Part shown: one piece after another, positions 27,126-38,585 of the stretch
Position numbering within the stretch: position 1 is the first letter of the stretch
Layout of the letters: each line of letters starts with the position of its first letter
Assembly: GCA_964106915.2 (NCBI GenBank)
Contig: OZ066920.1
Source of the DNA: Podarcis gaigeae
Lineage: Eukaryota
Reading direction: 5' to 3' (one strand)
DNA: 64,000 bases
Translations under genes and position numbers: made by a program
The notes under the pieces: generated by a model
What the model was told of the DNA's origin: nothing
Database searches by the model: none
Seen by the model: the letters and a program-made list of their open reading frames with translations, nothing else

Positions 27126-28184
27126 TATTATGAATTATGGTTTTGGCAAATATCACACTTCTCACTCATCAGAGCACTTTCTCTAAACTTTCAGTTCTCA
27201 CATCCCAAATTAATCAGCAGAAACAACAGCAGCACCAGCGACAGTTGTCTGGGGTATAAGAAAAAGAGTTTTTAATAGTTTTGGGTGCTTTAACATTATT
27301 TAGATCCATGCCAGAAAGCTCATGCTATCAGTTCCTTAAGTAATATTCTGTACCATTCATTTATTTTTATATTTTAAATTGTAAACTGTCATGGGTGCCT
27401 CGGCAACAAACAAAGAAACAAACAAAATAATCAACTTTCCAGGATTCTAGCACATTCTAGCAACGTGTCAAAAAACTGAGCTCAAGGTGGGTCTATATTA
27501 AGGATAAAAATGCTAAGTCATCAAATTCCGAATAATTTTATGTGATGAAGTAAACAACGTATAATATGGGTAAGTGTGGGATACAGAACTAATAGGAGTC
27601 CATTTTCTGCAAGTGCATTGTATTGGAAAAGTCTTTTATATCATTTTTATATCTTATTGACTCATATGGTTTTTCTTTGTGTTACCTGATATACTCTTGT
27701 GCATAGCTGCAGAGCACTTAATCGCTATAAAATGGCCTCCTTTGACGATTTCATTGTCTATTCTTTAAGTAAGTCCAACACTTACAGGAAAGCATACAAT
27801 GAACTAAACATAATTGATCTGTGGTATAGTAACCAATTGATTTCTGTTAATGTAAATTCTGTTCACTGATTTAACAAAACAAAAATAGAATGATTTCCTC
27901 CCCTATGCTTTCAGTACTTGGTGTTGCACTCAAAATTTCCTTTACAAGAAAAGCCACCAAGTTCTCAACTAGATGCAAGAGAGCTGTTAGCATAAAGTCA
28001 TTTTTTAAAATTATATTTTAATCCCTAGGGATAAACATTTATCTCCTTAGATATGGGGATAAAGATTTTAATGGCATCTTGCTTCAGGATTCAAAATAAA
28101 TAAGGCAAAGATGAGTTTCCATCTTCTTAAAACAAAATTACAGAGATTAAAATATATAAACACAAAATGAATGTATTCCATTTG

Positions 28185-28548
28185 NNNNNNNNNNNNNNNN
28201 NNNNNNNNNNNNNNNNNNNNNNNNNNNNNNNNNNNNNNNNNNNNNNNNNNNNNNNNNNNNNNNNNNNNNNNNNNNNNNNNNNNNNNNNNNNNNNNNNNNN
28301 NNNNNNNNNNNNNNNNNNNNNNNNNNNNNNNNNNNNNNNNNNNNNNNNNNNNNNNNNNNNNNNNNNNNNNNNNNNNNNNNNNNNNNNNNNNNNNNNNNNN
28401 NNNNNNNNNNNNNNNNNNNNNNNNNNNNNNNNNNNNNNNNNNNNNNNNNNNNNNNNNNNNNNNNNNNNNNNNNNNNNNNNNNNNNNNNNNNNNNNNNNNN
28501 NNNNNNNNNNNNNNNNNNNNNNNNNNNNNNNNNNNNNNNNNNNNNNNN
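28185..28548. other. Assembly gap (N run)
   Basis: 364 N. Confidence 0.99.
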
Positions 28549-28882
28549 ACAAGAGACATGTTATAAAATACAAGAGTTTCTCTTCTCCTTTTCAGCTGAT
28601 TTTTCAGGATACAACTAATTATTTCAAAAATCAGCCTTATTAAAAGGGGATAAAAGATGGGGAAATATATAAACTTATGGTGGTTGCAAAACATATTGAC
28701 TGAAAGAGAGTATAATTGGCTGATTCTCACACTTTCACTGTAAGAGGAGTTACTGGGTTGGAGCCTAAGATACTGGACTTTCACATATTGAGCTCTTGTC
28801 TTCCCTGTAGTAGCCCCCTGTTCCCCACAAAAACGCTGTTGAGGGTCAAAGGGCACTCAGGGATTGCATAGGATGTGAGAAA

Positions 28883-29028
28883 GTGATAGCTCTTTAGGTA
28901 GAGTATGACACTCTTCTTAACCTCTGGGTCATGGGTTCAAGCCTCACATTCGGCAAAAAGACACCTGCATCACAAGAAGTTGATCTAGCTAACTCTCGCG
29001 TTCCCTTCCAACTCTACAATTCTATATG
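28883..29028 (+). mobile_element. tRNA-Lys-derived SINE with CR1-type tail, decayed
   Basis: Head GATAGCTC..GGTAGAGTATGACACTCTT..GGGTCATGGGTTCAAGCC resembles tRNA-Lys(CTT). The tail TCCCTTCCAACTCTACAATTCTAT is the CR1 3' end. Confidence 0.72.
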
Positions 29029-29076
29029 TGGTGCGGAGCAGCTTCCATTGGGTGAGGCAACCGGGACAATTTAATA

Positions 29077-29330
29077 CAGTGGTACCTCGGGTTAAGTACT
29101 TAATTCGTTCCGGAGGTCCGTTCTTAACCTGAAACTGTTCTTAACCTGAAGCACCACTTCAGCTAATGGGGCCTCCTGCTGCTGCTGCTGCTGCTGCTGC
29201 GCCGCCGGAGCACTATTTCTGTTTTCATCCTGAAGCAAAGTTCTTAACCCAAGGTACTATTTCTGGGTTAGCGGAGTCTGTAACCTGAAGCATCTGTAAC
29301 CTGAAGTGTATGTAACCCGAGGTACCACTG
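29077..29330 (+). mobile_element. MITE family A, copy 2 (internal CTG expansion)
   Basis: Perfect 18-bp TIRs, TA TSD, colinear with copy 1, and (CTG)8 at 29176-29199. Confidence 0.9.
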
Positions 29331-29922
29331 TACACACATTCTGATGTGCTTTATTAAAAATTACATTCATGTTGGCATGTTTGGTCTTCCATCTTCAAAA
29401 AGGTGCACAAATCTTAGAACCACAAATAATTAAGAAGAAAATCCTGAAATATTTACTCACAAAACAGATGGCAGGATAGCCACCCTAAAGTGAAAGATTT
29501 TCCATTATTAGCTGACTACATCATAATCTGTGGACTACATTTTTTTAAAAAAAAAAAAAAGCTTCATTGGGATGCATCACTTTAAGCCAGCCTCCCCCAC
29601 TGTTTCAGGCTTCTGCTAGTATGTGATTTTTAAAAGACTCACTTTAATCATAACCATTTAGAGGGAAGAAGACCTGATCTGGACATGTACCTAAAGAATA
29701 GCTAAGGAGTTCAGAATATGACAGAGGGGTTCCCTATCTTTCAAAATAAAGATAATAATTTTTCTTACATGGGGATAAGGGAATAGGAATTGAAGTGTGC
29801 TTCTCCGGAGTACCTCCTCCAACTTCCAAACTACTTCTGGCAAAGCATCTCTCTGCTTTCTGGGGCTCAGGTGTTCTGCTTGTGGTCTGCTAGTGGCCCT
29901 CTCCACTACTTAGGAAAGATTA

Positions 29923-30182
29923 CCATATTTTCTGCTCTATAAGACTCACTTTTTCCCCTCCTAAAAAGTAAGGGGAAATGTGTGTGCGTCTTATGGAGCA
30001 AATGTAGGCTGTGCAGCTATCCCAGAAGCCAGAACAGCAAGAGGGATTGCGGCTTTCGCTGCGCAGTGATCCCTCTTGTTGTTCTGGCTTCTGAGATTCA
30101 GAATATTTTTTTTCTTGTTTTCCTCCTCCAAAAACTAGGTGCGTCTTATGGTCTGGTGCGTCTTATAGAGCGAAAAATACGG
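29923..30182. mobile_element. Tc1/mariner (Tc2/pogo-like) MITE, family B
   Basis: TA-flanked, with TIRs CCATATTTTCTGCTCTATAAGACTCAC / GTGCGTCTTATAGAGCGAAAAATACGG and a repeated internal GCGTCTTAT motif. Confidence 0.85.
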
Positions 30183-31153
30183 TACTCTCTTAGGACTGGC
30201 CTCATACCAGGCTTATGTCTTCCCCTGTGGAAAAAAGTCTTAAAAGTCTTTTCCTTAAAGTCTTCCCTGTTCCTTTTCTTCTTTCAGGCTCCTCCCTCCT
30301 AGACTCCCCTGGATACATATTACAGCTGTCTTAAGTTAGACCAAAGCAGCAAAAACTATTCTTTACTGGACTGAATTCACATTAAAGCTTTAAACTATTT
30401 GTTTGTTTGTTTCGTTTATATATAATCAGTTAAACCTCAAATTAGCATTTATTTATTTTCACCCACAACTATGTAAAATATTTACTCCATCATGGCTGTG
30501 GAAATGTCTTGTTATGTCACAATTACATGTTGAGATTCAGTGACATCTTGCACTTTAATACACCATTTCCTCTTTTTATTAAAACTCTATAAACAAAATA
30601 CAGCACCAAGATTTTTTTTTGGGGGGGGGGCAATGGTGCACACAGGAACTGAAGGGGCTTGTATTGTGAGGGGCTTGGGGCAAATCACCCCAGTTGCTGC
30701 CACCCCCGCCCCACTGGCAGTCTGGCAGCTTTCTGGTATTACCAAGTTACATGGAACTTTTATTTAGCATACGTGACATTAAAGTGGAAAGTGAAAAAGA
30801 AACTTTAAACTTAACTGAAGAAAGATCATTTTTGTAGTTAGTGCCCAAATAACCTGTAAATTACGTGCGTGTGTGCAGGTTGATGATGCCATGTGGGTTT
30901 TCTCCCCTCACTGTTAATTCCTTTCATGACTTGCTGATGTAGGGTCATGCCTCTTTGTGATTGGTGCATGTGGCTTTTGTTGTCCAAGGGCAATGCAAGG
31001 GCAATCTCCCTGTTTCCACACTCTAAGAAAGTTATTTTTTTGCAATTTAATCTAGAAACTGATTCTCACTAAGCTGTTCAACTGACATATGCAGATTATT
31101 ATATGAACTTTGACACACACAAAATGATATAAATAGGTGGTATTTAAAATGAT

Positions 31154-31503
31154 ATAAATAGGTTTAAAGGTATCCCTGACCATTAGGTCCAGTCACGGAC
31201 GACTCTGGGGTTGCAGTGCTCATCTCGCTTTACTGGCTGATGGAGCAGGCATTTGTCCGCAGACAGCTTCCGGGTCATGCCGCTTCTGGTGAACCAGAGC
31301 AGCTCACGGAAATGCCGTTTACCTTCCCGCCGGAGCAGTACCTATTTATCTACTTGCACTTTGACATGCTTTCGAACTGCTAGGTTGGCAGGAGCAGGGA
31401 CCGAGCAACAGGAGCTCACCCCACCACGGGGATTTGAACCGCCAACCTTCTGATCGGCAAGCCCTAGGCTCTATGGTTTAGACCACAGCACCACCCGTGT
31501 CCC
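31154..31503 (-). mobile_element. Sauria SINE, near full length
   Basis: The minus strand starts GGGACACGGGTGGTGCTGTGGTCTAAACC, has a B-box-like GGTTCAAATCCC, the body motif TGCAAGTAGATAAATAGGTAC and an ACCTTT-type tail. Candidate TSD is TAAAATGAT (31145-31153 / 31504-31512). Confidence 0.88.
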
Positions 31504-32039
31504 TAAAATGATGGTAGCATTGTATTATATGCGCTAAGATTCTTGGAGAATGGACCAATATTTGGTCCATGTAACTGTAGATACCTCCATGGTAGTGTAT
31601 AAAAATAAGAATAGTATATGTGATCAACACTGTTACATAACTTTTAGTACATAACTTCAGCTTCTTGTTATAGTTTATTGGGGTTTTTTTTAGGGGGAAA
31701 ACCCAAATTTATTTAACTGTTGGAAAAGATTTTAAATTAGAAATAAAAACTTTACAAAAACAAGTTTAAAAACACCTGTGGATTGGGTCTTCAAGATTCA
31801 ATCAATTGACCAAACAATTCTCTTTCTTTTCTGTTGAGAATGCAGGCAAAGTTGATTCTTACATGCTACTCTGAAGGTCAATTTCAATTCTGGTTAGAAC
31901 CGACTGCATTTGGGTTTGTATACAGCCATTTTTATGAGAATGTGCTCATTATCATTAAATGAACAAGTGGGGGGGGAGAGCATTTTTATAACCATGCTTT
32001 TGGTATTATTTCCTTGTGCCCCTTTTTAAAAAGTTGATT

Positions 32040-32545
32040 GGTCAGACAAAATAATAATTGCTTATATGAAATAAAGCATTATACTGGGTGTAGAGAAAGA
32101 GGAGGGTTTCCATAACCTTAGAACTCGGGGTTGTGCAATAAAATTCAATGGGAATAGATTCAGAACAAACAAAAGAACGCAGTTCGCATGTCACATAATT
32201 GTAAAATCCATTGCCATGAGATGTGGTGTTAGACACTAGCTTAAATGACTTGAAAAGGGGATTAGACAAATTCATACAGGATATGTCTATAACTGACCAA
32301 ACTGCGGGATGCAGTGGAAGACAGGAGTGCCTGGCGTACACTAGTCCATGGGGTCATGAAGAGTCGGACATGACTAAACGACTAAACAACAACAATGTCT
32401 ATAACTGGCTGCTAGTTGTCATTCCTAAATAGACCTTCAAGCCCTGCTTTGTGGCTTCCCAGAGGTATCTGTTGACTATGTAGGGAACAGAATGCTGGAC
32501 TAGATGGATCTTTTCTAGATCCAGCAGGGCTGTTTGTAGGTCCCA
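32040..32545 (+). mobile_element. CR1 LINE 3' end (interrupted by the BovB insert)
   Basis: ORF2 C-terminus-like DLKRGLDKFIQD and the CR1 3'UTR motif GCTGGACTAGATGGATC...GATCCAGCAGGGCT. Boundaries are approximate. Confidence 0.75.
32296..32394 (+). mobile_element. BovB (RTE clade) 3' end, 5'-truncated, 13-bp TSD
   Basis: GAAGACAGGAGTGCCTGGCGT...GTCCATGGGGTCATGAAGAGTCGGACATGACTAAACGACTAAACAACAACA is a BovB-type 3' end with a (CAA)n tail. TSD ATGTCTATAACTG lies at 32283-32295 and 32395-32407. Confidence 0.88.
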
Positions 32546-33099
32546 TCTGTGCTGGGTGTTGAAAAAGTAAAACACCTTCTAGCCTGAGCTTCATAAAACT
32601 GCAAATTTTAATGTCTGTTTTAAAGCATTTCTGCTTTGGGTTAATGCCTTTACAAGCACTGACCATGGTAAAAACAATGTACTGTACTAATTTATTTTTC
32701 AGGAATAATATCCATTGCAGTTGGCTAACATATCAACATAATTATATAGATATTAATATCAGTATAAAGTTCTGCTCTGAGTCACAGTTATCTGAAGAGA
32801 CAGCAAACTACATTTGTTTGTTTTTTTTATCTTAGGCTATGTTTAGATTATAATTTTTAAACAACAATGAGTGTGCTTCCCCCTTAATGGCACAATGATT
32901 CCCATACCAGTCAACCTTTGATACCTTAATAAGCATACTACTGCAAACTATGAGCATACTATTGCATTTGTGCTAAAGGAGCAGGATAGTAGCTTGCAGG
33001 TGCTCCTTGACTCATCTTTCTTCCTGAGGGTTCAGGTGGCCTCAGTGGCCTGGAGTACCTTTCACCAGCTTCAGCTGGAGCTTCAAAAGACAGTTTGGC

Positions 33100-33510
33100 C
33101 ACAATGATCTACACATTATTGCGATGCATTTGGAAACTGCAGCTAGTACAAACTGTGATGGCAAATATGCTCAGTGCTATATTCTACCATGCACGTATGC
33201 CACCTGTGCTAAACAAATAGCATTGGGTGCCTATTTGTTGCAAATAGAGTTGAAGGTTTTGTTGATAATTTATAAGAACTTGAACAGCTTAGGACCAGGT
33301 TACCTGAGGAGTGTCTCCTTCCATAAAATCCAGTTGAGTCACTGAGATTGTCAGAGGGCCTACAACACCCAGTTGAGATCCTTCCATGGTGATTTTAAAG
33401 AAGGCCTTCTCCACTGTTGGCCTCATACTATAGAATGACCTTCCCCCTAGAGGTCCAGTGCTCATCTAATGGTGTTCTGCTCACTGATTTAAACATATCT
33501 ATTTGTGAGA
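33100..33510 (+). mobile_element. L2 ORF2 C-terminal fragment, decayed
   Basis: KLQLVQ and IELKVLLIIYKNLNSLGPGYL motifs. Confidence 0.7.
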
Positions 33511-34682
33511 GCATTCATGATCATAGAATTCTAGTACTGGCACTATATCTTTGATATCTGTCAGGGGGTTGTATTTCGCTGTTTTACTGTATTGAGTTTA
33601 TCCTTCAAATTGGTTTGTGTATTAATGTTTAAACAAAAATAAAGGAGAGGTTCTGCTGCTTTACAGGTGATTGGGGCAATTAATTCCTACCCCAATTCCC
33701 ATTGCTTCCCTTGGTCTTGTGTATGTATGAAACTGCCCAGCACTAAGTAACACAATTGATCCATCTAGCTTTGTACTGTCCACTTTGATGAGCAGTGACT
33801 CTTAAGTTCTCACAAAGTGGTCTTTTCAGACCCACTAGCTCAAATCATTTTAACAAAAGACTTGCTACATTCAAAACATATGATCTACCATATAGCTATG
33901 ACCTTGTTCTATACGGGTCAGCACTGTTGAAAATGGCACAAGATTGTAAGTACTGGTTCTTCAATCTAGTTAATTGCACTAGACCAGTAAACCACCGGTG
34001 AGAGGGGACAGGTAGTCATGCTATTTATTTGCGCTACATGTACAAATATATGAATATCACTCATTCCTTCATCATCACCTGCACAAAAGGGAAAGCTTTC
34101 AAACTGTTCTAAGCATATGGAGATACGTAACTCATCATGCACCCTGTACAACAGGTGTTCACAACAATCATACCATAATGTACACATCTACCACAGCACT
34201 GCTGGATACACTGCAGAGCTAGATTCAGCTGTTCACAGATACCACTATATAAACTTGCAAAACCTGTATGATCAGAGAGCACAGTAGGACAGGGAAAAAC
34301 AACAACATGTGCACCACAGGATGTAAGCGCTCTACAGTGCCGCCACCACCACCTCTCTGGAAATAGTCTTAAAAGAATAAATAAAAGCAAAATATACTGT
34401 TGCACATTAGCAGGAGTCACAGCACACTAGGCAATTTTAATGTCCTTTTTGGACCTGTATGAACTTCTAGAGTATATATATAATTGGCTCAGGAATTTTG
34501 ACTCCATTCTCAGAGTCTGTGCACCTTTGCCTCTCTTTTGCCCTTTCTTCTCCTTTCAAACCATTCTGTTTTGGCTTCCTTCACTCTCCAGCTGAACCAT
34601 TCCGCATTTATTTCTTCTTGCAGTTTATATTCATTCTTATATGTGTCATGTTCCATGCTGACCCCAAACTAGAAACATTTTC

Positions 34683-35172
34683 AAAACTGACACGGGGATA
34701 AATGGAAGAGGACGCCTTCACTCTGGTATGGCTCCCCTTTATCGCATACGATTTATCACATACACAGCCCAACAAGACAACACCACAAACCCACTGACAG
34801 CATATGATTCAATATGACCAACTTAACCCAACAGCAACCCCCCACGCATAAACAAATCCCACTGCGGCCAACCAATACAATCAACCACACCCTAGGCCAC
34901 CCCAATTTCTGTCACTACCAAGGAAACATAACAAGTGAATAGAAAGAGAACCTACCCAAGTGACGCAGACACAAAAAGCCCACTAAGTAAAAGAACGTAA
35001 GCTTGGCGGCCCACCACCACACCCTTTTCTTCCTGACCCTATACTGCATAGAACACCAATGTCTCACAACAAATGTAACTGATCTGCATAAAACACAACC
35101 TGAAGAGACAATGCATTTGCTTTCGTAAACAAGGAAAATATTTAATATTTTTTACACTAAATAAATAAAATG
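34683..35172 (+). mobile_element. L1-clade LINE, 5'-truncated 3' end with C/A-rich 3'UTR and 16-bp TSD
   Basis: Flanked by AACTAGAAAC(A/C)TTTTC at 34667-34682 and 35173-35188. It begins with an ORF2-end-like KLTRG*MEEDAFTLVWLPFIAY and ends in AAATAAATAAAA. Confidence 0.7.
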
Positions 35173-36065
35173 AACTAGAAACCTTTTCTCTGTTGCTGCC
35201 TGACATTCCCTTCTTATAATTTTTTTACTCCCATTTCTCCTACCTTATTATGCTCCTTTCTTGGATTCTGGAAGCACTTGAATAAAGGGAGCTCTGTGCA
35301 TAGAAAAATCAAACCAAAAAATCCACAATACTTGAGACAATCTTGGCTATGAGACCTGGAAGAGATGATCCCTGTCCTGCAGGCCTTTCCCCACCTGCCC
35401 TGGGAGACTGACTCCAGCTACAAAAGCTGAGGCTGCTGAAGAAGCCAGAGACCATCTTGGCTGTTTCTAACTGAAGACCCAGGTGTTTGTGCCTGAGCTT
35501 CCACAGCTGTTGCTCACTATGAATCACCATAGGCAGGATTCGAAGCAACAGCAGCAAATAAGTTCTATGCTTATGATAATATTTCATTCTCTTGTTAATT
35601 ATGCTATTTTATATGTGTGTTTTATATTGGACTTCATTTGCTAATATTTTCTTCTGAAATGTTTAAGATTTTGTTTTGTTTTGTTAACATTGCTGTGCAT
35701 TCTGTAGTTGACCTCTTTTGAAATCTTTTCAAATCTTTAAGATAATATTTTAGTTGTCTGTTAATTACGTTGTTTTGAATATATACTTCATTTGACTTTC
35801 TGTAATACTTTATTCTGGATTGTTTTATTTCATATTTTAATGTGTTGCTTTGAAATATTTTTCTTAAAAATATAAAGTGGTATAGAAATGAAATTAATTA
35901 TAATGATGATAGTAAACAGCTGTTTATTTAAAGCTTATACAAATGCATGGGAGACCTTTAAGAGGTTTTAAGATGTCTTTTGTAATAGAAAAAAATATCA
36001 GAAGTAGAAACTATTTATTTGTTTCCCTTGTCTATTCACAGTACAAAGCATGCCATTCACAATTA

Positions 36066-36299
36066 CAGTGGTACCTCGGGTTACATATACTTCAGGTTAT
36101 AGACGCTTCAGGTTACATACTCCGCTAACCCAGAAATAGTACCTCGGATTAAGAACTTTGCTTCAGGATAAGAACAGAAATCATGCAGTGGCGGCAGCGG
36201 GAGGCCCCATTAGCTAAAGTGGTACCTCAGGTTAAGTGCAGTTTCAGGTTAAGAATGGACCTCCGGAATGACTTAAGTACTTAACCCGAGGTACCACTG
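36066..36299 (-). mobile_element. MITE family A, copy 3 (opposite orientation)
   Basis: Same TIRs and TA TSD. The interior is the reverse complement of copies 1, 2 and 4 (e.g. GGAGGCCCCATTAGCTAAAGTGG). Confidence 0.9.
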
Positions 36300-36560
36300 T
36301 AATTCCTATCACTATTAATAACTACCTCTAGTTAATCTATGAAATATATTAAATTTAAAGCATGAGACAAAATAGAGAGGACTATATTGTAATTAAGGAA
36401 TGTGGAATTTACACTTTAATCAGAACGTACTTCATTATCTTCTGTGGGAACAGAAGGGCAACACAGTCTTGGCATCTGCTGTGTACAACTCTGTTCACGG
36501 TATTCTTGAATTTCTCACTTTTACCCAAGAAACTAATTTATAACTTCGCTCCCCTCAAAA

Positions 36561-36561
<1 letters not shown>

Positions 36562-36600
<39 letters not shown>
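36562..36600. repeat. (TG)n microsatellite
   Basis: Direct read. Confidence 0.98.
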
Positions 36601-36603
<3 letters not shown>

Positions 36604-37349
36604 ATAATCACGAAGGTTCATTTCCAAAATGATTTAAAAGGAATACATGGAAATATGGCAATGTGTCAGCTGTGTCAGTATGTCTCACATACAACCTCCT
36701 AATCCATCTATGAACAGTCTAGGCCTGTCATAGTCATAGGCTTATGAGAAAGGATAGTAGCATGTAAGGGGTGCTTTAGAAACTCTTCAGTCTTAGATGA
36801 TGCATTTTTAGGTGATCTGTTGTAACTGAGGTGCTTTGAAGCTCCGTTTTAAAAAGTAGAGCATATTGTTTTTCAAAATGCTAAACTGACAAAGAATAAA
36901 ACGTGTACAGGTGTGGGGTTGCTGTTTTTAATCACTTGCCGTTTCAGTGAAACAAAACAGTCAATAAAACTGTACCCGATTTACATTTGAAACACTCAGC
37001 AATATAGCCACCGAATACTGTTCGCTAAAGTAAAATAACGTTCAGAGACATACATGCTGGAAATGCAGAAGTTACTACACACTGTCATCTAAACCACTCT
37101 ATCATGCTGTCTGATGTTAAGCTGCCCCTAAAGAATTAAGAATGGTAACAAGTGTTTGCACAATAGAGAGACTCCTATGTGACTTTGAAAGTGCTGGATT
37201 AAAGGAAATGTGAGCCAGATACCAAATGATATTTTGGGACTCCAAAGCTTTTTTGCCCTGTATATCTCACTGTTTTCTGTCTGCACCTACACAGACACAC
37301 TTACATGCAGACTTATATAAAGACAGACAGTTCTCACAATGGAGGTTGA

Positions 37350-37495
37350 AAATTAAGCTGCCAGTGTCATAATGCCATTATACATATCTATAACACAACT
37401 GCACTTGGAATAGTCTGTGCAGTTCGAGATATTGCACCTCAAAAAGGATATTGTAATATTGGAAATGTTTCAAAAAGGACAATCAAAATGATTGT
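37350..37495 (+). mobile_element. CR1 ORF2 fragment, decayed
   Basis: ATAATGCCATTATAC...CACTTGGAATAGTCTGTGCAGTTC...CACCTCAAAAAGGATATTGTA...ATCAAAATGATT resembles CR1 IMPLYKS...HLEYCVQFW.PHLKKDI...KMI. Confidence 0.7.
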
Positions 37496-37552
37496 GATGT
37501 TTGCGTTTTAGTAACTATGCTTTGTAAAGAGAAACTCTCAAAAAGTGCAATA

Positions 37553-37790
37553 CAGTGGTACCTTGGGTTAAGAACTTAATTCGTTCTGGAGGTCCGTTCT
37601 TAACCTGAAATTGTTCTAAACCTGAGGTACCACTTTAGCTTATGGGGCCTCCTGCTGCCACCGCACTGCTGCTGCATGATTTCTGTTCTCATCCTGAAGC
37701 AAAATTCTGAACCCAAGGTACTATTTCTGGGTTAGCAGAGTCTGTAACCTGAAGCGTAACCTGAAGCATCTGTAACGTGAGGTACCACTG
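37553..37790 (+). mobile_element. MITE family A, copy 4 (more diverged)
   Basis: CAGTGGTACCTTGGGTTA ... TGAGGTACCACTG with TA TSD and several CpG-type transitions. Confidence 0.9.
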
Positions 37791-37979
37791 TACAATTTAT
37801 TAAATAAATGGAAAAACTACATCATTTTTTTGCAATTGGCACTGAAAATGTCATCTTTGGATGAAAATGTCAGAATAACTGCCTTTAGAGAGGCAAAACA
37901 ATGCAAGCTAATTTTATGCATATATACACAGAGGAAAGTATCGTTAAGCTCAGTGTGAAAAATTGAAGACCTGGAACCA

Positions 37980-38230
37980 GGAGAAGGACCTCGGGTTAAG
38001 ATAAAAGTGTTTGGATAGGTTCACATTGGGAGAGGTACTCTAGAAGATATCTGAGTTCTGAGCTGCAAAGAGCTTTATAGTTTAAAAACAGCACTTTGAA
38101 TTGGCCTGGAAACGTACAGGCAGGCAGTTTAACCTCGCCAAGATTGATGTTATATGAATGGCTTGCTTGAAGCCTGTCAAAAATTGAGCAGCTGCACCCT
38201 GAAGTTTCCAAACCATCTTCAAAGGCAATA
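37980..38230 (-). mobile_element. L2 ORF2 fragment, decayed
   Basis: ORF-track pieces WKLQGAAAQFLTG..HITSILARLNCLPVRF and QFKVLFLNYKAL. Confidence 0.7.
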
Positions 38231-38429
38231 TAACATTTAAAATACAGAAAGGTCCACTCCAGCTATATATACTGCCTGCCAAAGTCCATTGAAAAGAGAG
38301 GTGTTCTCACAGCCCTGTTGAATCTTGCAAGGCATAAGACCTTCCAAATTTCCAAAGGAAAAGAATCCTACAACTGAGAGGCTAAACACTGAAAAAGCTA
38401 TATTGCAAATGTCAACAACCTGATCATCT

Positions 38430-38585
38430 TTACAGGTGGGCCGTTTGATGAAGATATCAAGGTACAGACAAGCTGATATGGGTGTAAGTAACCTGGCCCC
38501 AAACCATTCAGAACTTTAACTAAGACCATAACCAGCACTTTGAACTGGGCCTGGAAATGCACTGGGAACCCATTGCATCTCTGCA
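38430..38585 (-). mobile_element. L2 ORF2 fragment, decayed
   Basis: FPVHFQAQFKVLVMVLVKVLNGLGPGYL. Confidence 0.7.

Noticed and set aside
28883-28955. Possible tRNA-Lys gene
   Set aside because: The cloverleaf is degenerate and it is followed directly by a CR1-type tail, so it is a SINE head.
30620-30680. G-runs as G-quadruplexes (also homopolymers at ~1471, 15586, 49801, 55857)
   Set aside because: Long loops or simple homopolymers with no functional context.
34700-35160. Possible NUMT because of the mitochondria-like C/A skew
   Set aside because: No mitochondrial gene is recognisable, and the TSD, ORF2-like start and A-rich tail favour a LINE 3' end.
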